Below are positions 28,941-32,000 of a stretch of DNA of 32,000 bases, in pieces. The notes beneath the pieces are model-generated. The model ran no database searches and was not told where the DNA came from. It worked only from the letters and a program-made list of their open reading frames with translations. The position numbers were made by a program, and so were the translations under genes. Every line of letters starts with the position of its first letter. Position 1 is the first letter of the stretch. This stretch comes from Bacillus subtilis subsp. subtilis str. 168. GTDB taxonomy: Bacteria > Bacillota > Bacilli > Bacillales > Bacillaceae. The stretch covers positions 1,740,001 through 1,772,000 of the forward strand of contig NC_000964.3 in the NCBI RefSeq assembly GCF_000009045.1, read 5' to 3'.

Positions 28941-29735
28941 ATGAGAATTTTATTTATCGGAGATGTTGTCGGTTCACCGGGCCGTGACATGGTCAAAGAA
29001 TATGTACCAAAGCTAAAAACAAAATATAAGCCTCACTTTACCATTATTAATGGTGAAAACGCCGCACATGGAAAAGGCCTGACGGAAAAAATTTATCACA
29101 GCTTAATCCAGTCCGGCGCAGATGCAATCACAATGGGGAACCACACATGGGACAAAAAAGAAATATTTGATTTTATAGATGACGTTCCGAACTTGGTTCG
29201 CCCGGCAAACTTTCCTGAAGGAACACCGGGGAAAGGGATCACATATGTGAAAGCAAACGGCAAAGAACTAGCAGTCATTAATTTGCAGGGACGTACGTTT
29301 TTGCCGCCGCTTGATGACCCGTTTTTAAAAGCGGATGAATTGATCGCAGAAGCTGCGAAAAGAACACCGTACATTTTTATTGACTTTCATGCCGAAGCGA
29401 CAAGTGAAAAGCTCGCACTTGGCTGGTACACGGATGGACGGGCATCGGCTGTAGTAGGAACTCATACACACGTGCAAACAGCGGATAACCGCATTTTGCC
29501 GAAGGGAACGGCATATATTACTGATGTGGGAATGACTGGCCCGTATGACGGTATACTGGGGATGGACAGAGAGACGATTATTAAGCGATTCAAAACGAAC
29601 CTTCCAGTCCGGTTTACTGTCGCTGAAGGAAAAACAACGCTCAGCGGAGTTGTCATTGACATTGACGATCAAACGAAAAAAGCCGTGAAAATTGAGCGTA
29701 TTTTAATCAACGATGATCACATGTTCTTTGAATAG
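28941..29735 (+). CDS. ymdB: YmdB metallophosphoesterase (cyclic-nucleotide phosphodiesterase family)
   Basis: MRILFIGDVVGSPGRDMVKEYV, GENAAHGKG, MGNHTWD, DFHAEATSEKLALGWYTDGRASAVVGTHTHVQTAD. Start 28941 gives 264 aa, not 28902. Confidence 0.95.
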   Translation: MRILFIGDVVGSPGRDMVKEYVPKLKTKYKPHFTIINGENAAHGKGLTEKIYHSLIQSGADAITMGNHTWDKKEIFDFIDDVPNLVRPANFPEGTPGKGITYVKANGKELAVINLQGRTFLPPLDDPFLKADELIAEAAKRTPYIFIDFHAEATSEKLALGWYTDGRASAVVGTHTHVQTADNRILPKGTAYITDVGMTGPYDGILGMDRETIIKRFKTNLPVRFTVAEGKTTLSGVVIDIDDQTKKAVKIERILINDDHMFFE

Positions 29736-29777
29736 TTGAACATATGGTTATTTTATAAAAATATTAAAAAGAAAAGC

Positions 29778-29805
29778 AGGAATATAGCAACTCCTTAGTG
29801 AATAT
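29778..29805 (+). promoter_or_regulatory. Candidate sigma-H promoter of spoVS
   Basis: AGGAATAT (29778-29785), 12 nt, then GTGAATAT (29798-29805); compare SigH RnAGGAWWW / RnnGAATWW. Confidence 0.7.
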
Positions 29806-29934
29806 AGTAAAAATGGAAGGTAGCCCGCTATTTTTGAAAAGCATTGTGGGGATGGCTTTTTGGATAGCAACATCTAATAATGATTGTTCTAATGAACACT
29901 CACTTATCCATTGTAAAACTAAGGGGGAGCAGAA

Positions 29935-30195
29935 ATGGAAATCTTAAAAGTTTCAGCAAAATCGAGTCCAAATTCAGTGGCAGGTGCGCTTGCAGGCGTG
30001 TTGAGAGAGCGAGGAGCCGCCGAGATTCAAGCGATCGGAGCGGGTGCATTAAACCAGGCTGTAAAAGCTGTGGCGATTGCCAGGGGATTTGTGGCGCCAA
30101 GCGGCGTTGATTTGATTTGTATTCCGGCTTTTACAGATATTCAAATCGATGGGGAAGAAAGAACAGCGATTAAATTAATCGTGGAGCCTCGCTAA
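29935..30195 (+). CDS. spoVS: Stage V sporulation protein S
   Basis: MEILKVSAKSSPNSVAGALAGVLRERGAAEIQAIGAGALNQAVKAVAIARGFVAPSGVDLICIPAFTDIQIDGEERTAIKLIVEPR; 86 aa. Confidence 0.98.
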   Translation: MEILKVSAKSSPNSVAGALAGVLRERGAAEIQAIGAGALNQAVKAVAIARGFVAPSGVDLICIPAFTDIQIDGEERTAIKLIVEPR

Positions 30196-30212
30196 AAACA
30201 AATAAAGCATTC

Positions 30213-30247
30213 TCAACCTGTTTGCGTAATGCAAACAGGTTGTTTTT
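30213..30247 (+). terminator. Terminator after spoVS
   Basis: CAACCTGTTTGC GTAAT GCAAACAGGTTG TTTTT, a perfect 12-bp stem. Confidence 0.95.
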
Positions 30248-30395
30248 CATTTATTGTGATATTTTCTCCCGATAGTATTTTTAGCACATAAATGAGCGAA
30301 TATACAAAATCAGAAATGAGCTAAAACGTTTCAAAAAAAATTTCCGCCCATTTTTCAAGACAGATACTTTTGTCCTTCTGGAAAAGACAGTTCTG

Positions 30396-30424
30396 TTTAC
30401 GCTTATTCCATATCATGGTACAAT
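30396..30424 (+). promoter_or_regulatory. Candidate sigma-A promoter of tdh-kbl
   Basis: TTTACG (30396-30401), 17-nt spacer, TACAAT (30419-30424). Confidence 0.5.
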
Positions 30425-30460
30425 CCGAATATAACAAGAATTTTTCAAGGAGGATTGTAC

Positions 30461-31504
30461 ATGCAGAGTGGAAAGATGAAAGCTCTAATGAAAAAGGACG
30501 GGGCGTTCGGTGCTGTGCTGACTGAAGTTCCCATTCCTGAGATTGATAAACATGAAGTCCTCATAAAAGTGAAAGCCGCTTCCATATGCGGCACGGATGT
30601 CCACATTTATAATTGGGATCAATGGGCACGTCAGAGAATCAAAACACCCTATGTTTTCGGCCATGAGTTCAGCGGCATCGTAGAGGGCGTGGGAGAGAAT
30701 GTCAGCAGTGTAAAAGTGGGAGAGTATGTGTCTGCGGAAACACACATTGTCTGTGGTGAATGTGTCCCTTGCCTAACAGGAAAATCTCATGTGTGTACCA
30801 ATACTGCTATAATCGGAGTGGACACGGCAGGCTGTTTTGCGGAGTATGTAAAAGTTCCAGCTGATAACATTTGGAGAAATCCCGCTGATATGGACCCGTC
30901 GATTGCTTCCATTCAAGAGCCTTTAGGAAATGCAGTTCATACCGTACTCGAGAGCCAGCCTGCAGGAGGAACGACTGCAGTCATTGGATGCGGACCGATT
31001 GGTCTTATGGCTGTTGCGGTTGCAAAAGCAGCAGGAGCTTCTCAGGTGATAGCGATTGATAAGAATGAATACAGGCTGAGGCTTGCAAAACAAATGGGAG
31101 CGACTTGTACTGTTTCTATTGAAAAAGAAGACCCGCTCAAAATTGTAAGCGCTTTAACGAGTGGAGAAGGAGCAGATCTTGTTTGTGAGATGTCGGGCCA
31201 TCCCTCAGCGATTGCCCAAGGTCTTGCGATGGCTGCGAATGGCGGAAGATTTCATATTCTCAGCTTGCCGGAACATCCGGTGACAATTGATTTGACGAAT
31301 AAAGTGGTATTTAAAGGGCTTACCATCCAAGGAATCACAGGAAGAAAAATGTTTTCAACATGGCGCCAGGTGTCTCAGTTGATCAGTTCAAACATGATCG
31401 ATCTTGCACCTGTTATTACCCATCAGTTTCCATTAGAGGAGTTTGAAAAAGGTTTCGAACTGATGAGAAGCGGGCAGTGCGGAAAAGTAATTTTAATTCC
31501 ATAA
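30461..31504 (+). CDS. tdh: L-threonine 3-dehydrogenase
   Basis: Zn-dependent MDR family: CGTDVHIYNWDQWA, GHEFSGIVEGVGENV, C-rich structural zinc loop (CGECVPCLTGKSHVC), VIGCGPIGLMAVAVAKAAGASQVIAID. ATG 30461 gives 347 aa. Confidence 0.96.
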   Translation: MQSGKMKALMKKDGAFGAVLTEVPIPEIDKHEVLIKVKAASICGTDVHIYNWDQWARQRIKTPYVFGHEFSGIVEGVGENVSSVKVGEYVSAETHIVCGECVPCLTGKSHVCTNTAIIGVDTAGCFAEYVKVPADNIWRNPADMDPSIASIQEPLGNAVHTVLESQPAGGTTAVIGCGPIGLMAVAVAKAAGASQVIAIDKNEYRLRLAKQMGATCTVSIEKEDPLKIVSALTSGEGADLVCEMSGHPSAIAQGLAMAANGGRFHILSLPEHPVTIDLTNKVVFKGLTIQGITGRKMFSTWRQVSQLISSNMIDLAPVITHQFPLEEFEKGFELMRSGQCGKVILIP

Positions 31505-31516
31505 AGGGGGATAAAC

Positions 31517-32000
31517 ATGACGAAGGAATTTGAGTTTTTAAAAGCAGAGCTTAATAGTATGAAAGAAAACCATACATGGCAAGACATAAAACAGCTTGAA
31601 TCTATGCAGGGCCCATCTGTCACAGTGAATCACCAAAAAGTCATTCAGCTATCTTCTAATAATTACCTCGGATTCACTTCACATCCTAGACTCATCAACG
31701 CCGCACAGGAGGCCGTTCAGCAGTATGGAGCCGGCACCGGATCAGTGAGAACGATTGCGGGTACATTTACAATGCATCAAGAGCTTGAGAAAAAGCTGGC
31801 AGCCTTTAAAAAAACGGAGGCGGCACTTGTATTCCAATCAGGCTTCACAACAAACCAAGGCGTACTTTCAAGTATTCTATCAAAAGAGGACATTGTCATC
31901 TCAGATGAATTGAACCATGCCTCTATTATTGACGGAATTCGACTGACAAAGGCGGATAAAAAGGTGTATCAGCACGTCAATATGAGTGATTTAGAGCGGG
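31517..32000 (+). CDS. kbl: 2-amino-3-ketobutyrate CoA ligase (glycine C-acetyltransferase), 5' part; truncated by window end
   Basis: ATG 31517 with RBS gggggataa. Translation MTKEFEFLKAELNSMKENHTWQDIKQLESMQGPSVTVNHQKVIQLSSNNYLGFTSHPRLINAAQEAVQQYGAGTGSVRTIAGTFTMHQELEKKLAAFKKTEAALVFQSGFTTNQG. Open to the window end, so absent from the ORF track. Confidence 0.95.
   Translation, partial: MTKEFEFLKAELNSMKENHTWQDIKQLESMQGPSVTVNHQKVIQLSSNNYLGFTSHPRLINAAQEAVQQYGAGTGSVRTIAGTFTMHQELEKKLAAFKKTEAALVFQSGFTTNQGVLSSILSKEDIVISDELNHASIIDGIRLTKADKKVYQHVNMSDLER

Noticed and set aside
29880-30110. 76-aa ORF upstream of and overlapping spoVS
   Set aside because: Out-of-frame overlap with the well-defined SpoVS CDS. 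Its content (RRVERARSRRDSSDRSGCIKPGCKSCGDCQG) is typical of a frame-shadow translation.
30319-30336. Possible CcpA cre site (ctaaaacgtttcaa) upstream of tdh
   Set aside because: Several mismatches to TGWAANCGNTNWCA, including both end positions. Not supportable without a score or data.
127-31623. Numerous 60-140 aa ORFs antisense to or overlapping the main genes (e.g. 954-1220 -, 5184-5813 -, 13357-13716 -, 27657-28070 -, 29325-29672 -)
   Set aside because: Each overlaps a clearly conserved CDS. They lack convincing RBS/start context and recognisable motifs, and their composition looks like the shadow of the coding strand. None forms a conserved-looking set.
1-32000. CRISPR arrays, transposons/IS ends, prophage genes, tRNA/rRNA, toxin-antitoxin or defence islands
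   Set aside because: No repeated-spacer structure, transposase/integrase motifs, RNA-gene signatures or atypical gene block was seen. Gene order is continuous core-chromosome organisation.

Overview
The window is a chromosomal segment of a Bacillus subtilis-group genome. Genes were identified by recognising protein sequence and gene order; no database search was run. Nearly all genes are on the + strand, in the order pnpA(3' end)-ylxY-mlpA-ymxH-spoVFA/dpaA-spoVFB/dpaB-asd-dapG-dapA-rnjB-tepA-ylzJ-spoIIIE-ymfC-ymfD-ymfF-ymfH-ymfI-ymfJ-ymfK-rodZ(ymfM)-pgsA-cinA-recA-pbpX-rny-ymdB-spoVS-tdh-kbl(5' end). It covers RNA decay, dipicolinate/DAP synthesis, sporulation, DNA translocation, envelope and SOS functions. 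I found no CRISPR array, transposon, prophage, tRNA/rRNA or accessory defence system, and no convincing undescribed multi-gene system. The points most worth a second look are: (1) a split ymfK reading frame at a GT dinucleotide repeat, just after a Walker-A-like motif; (2) the recA LexA/SOS box lying at the centre of a longer 12-bp-arm palindrome that overlaps the recA -35; (3) the YmfF/YmfH M16 pair, in which only YmfH has HxxEH; (4) several hairpins and promoters in leader or intercistronic positions (asd/dapG, spoIIIE, rny, rodZ).
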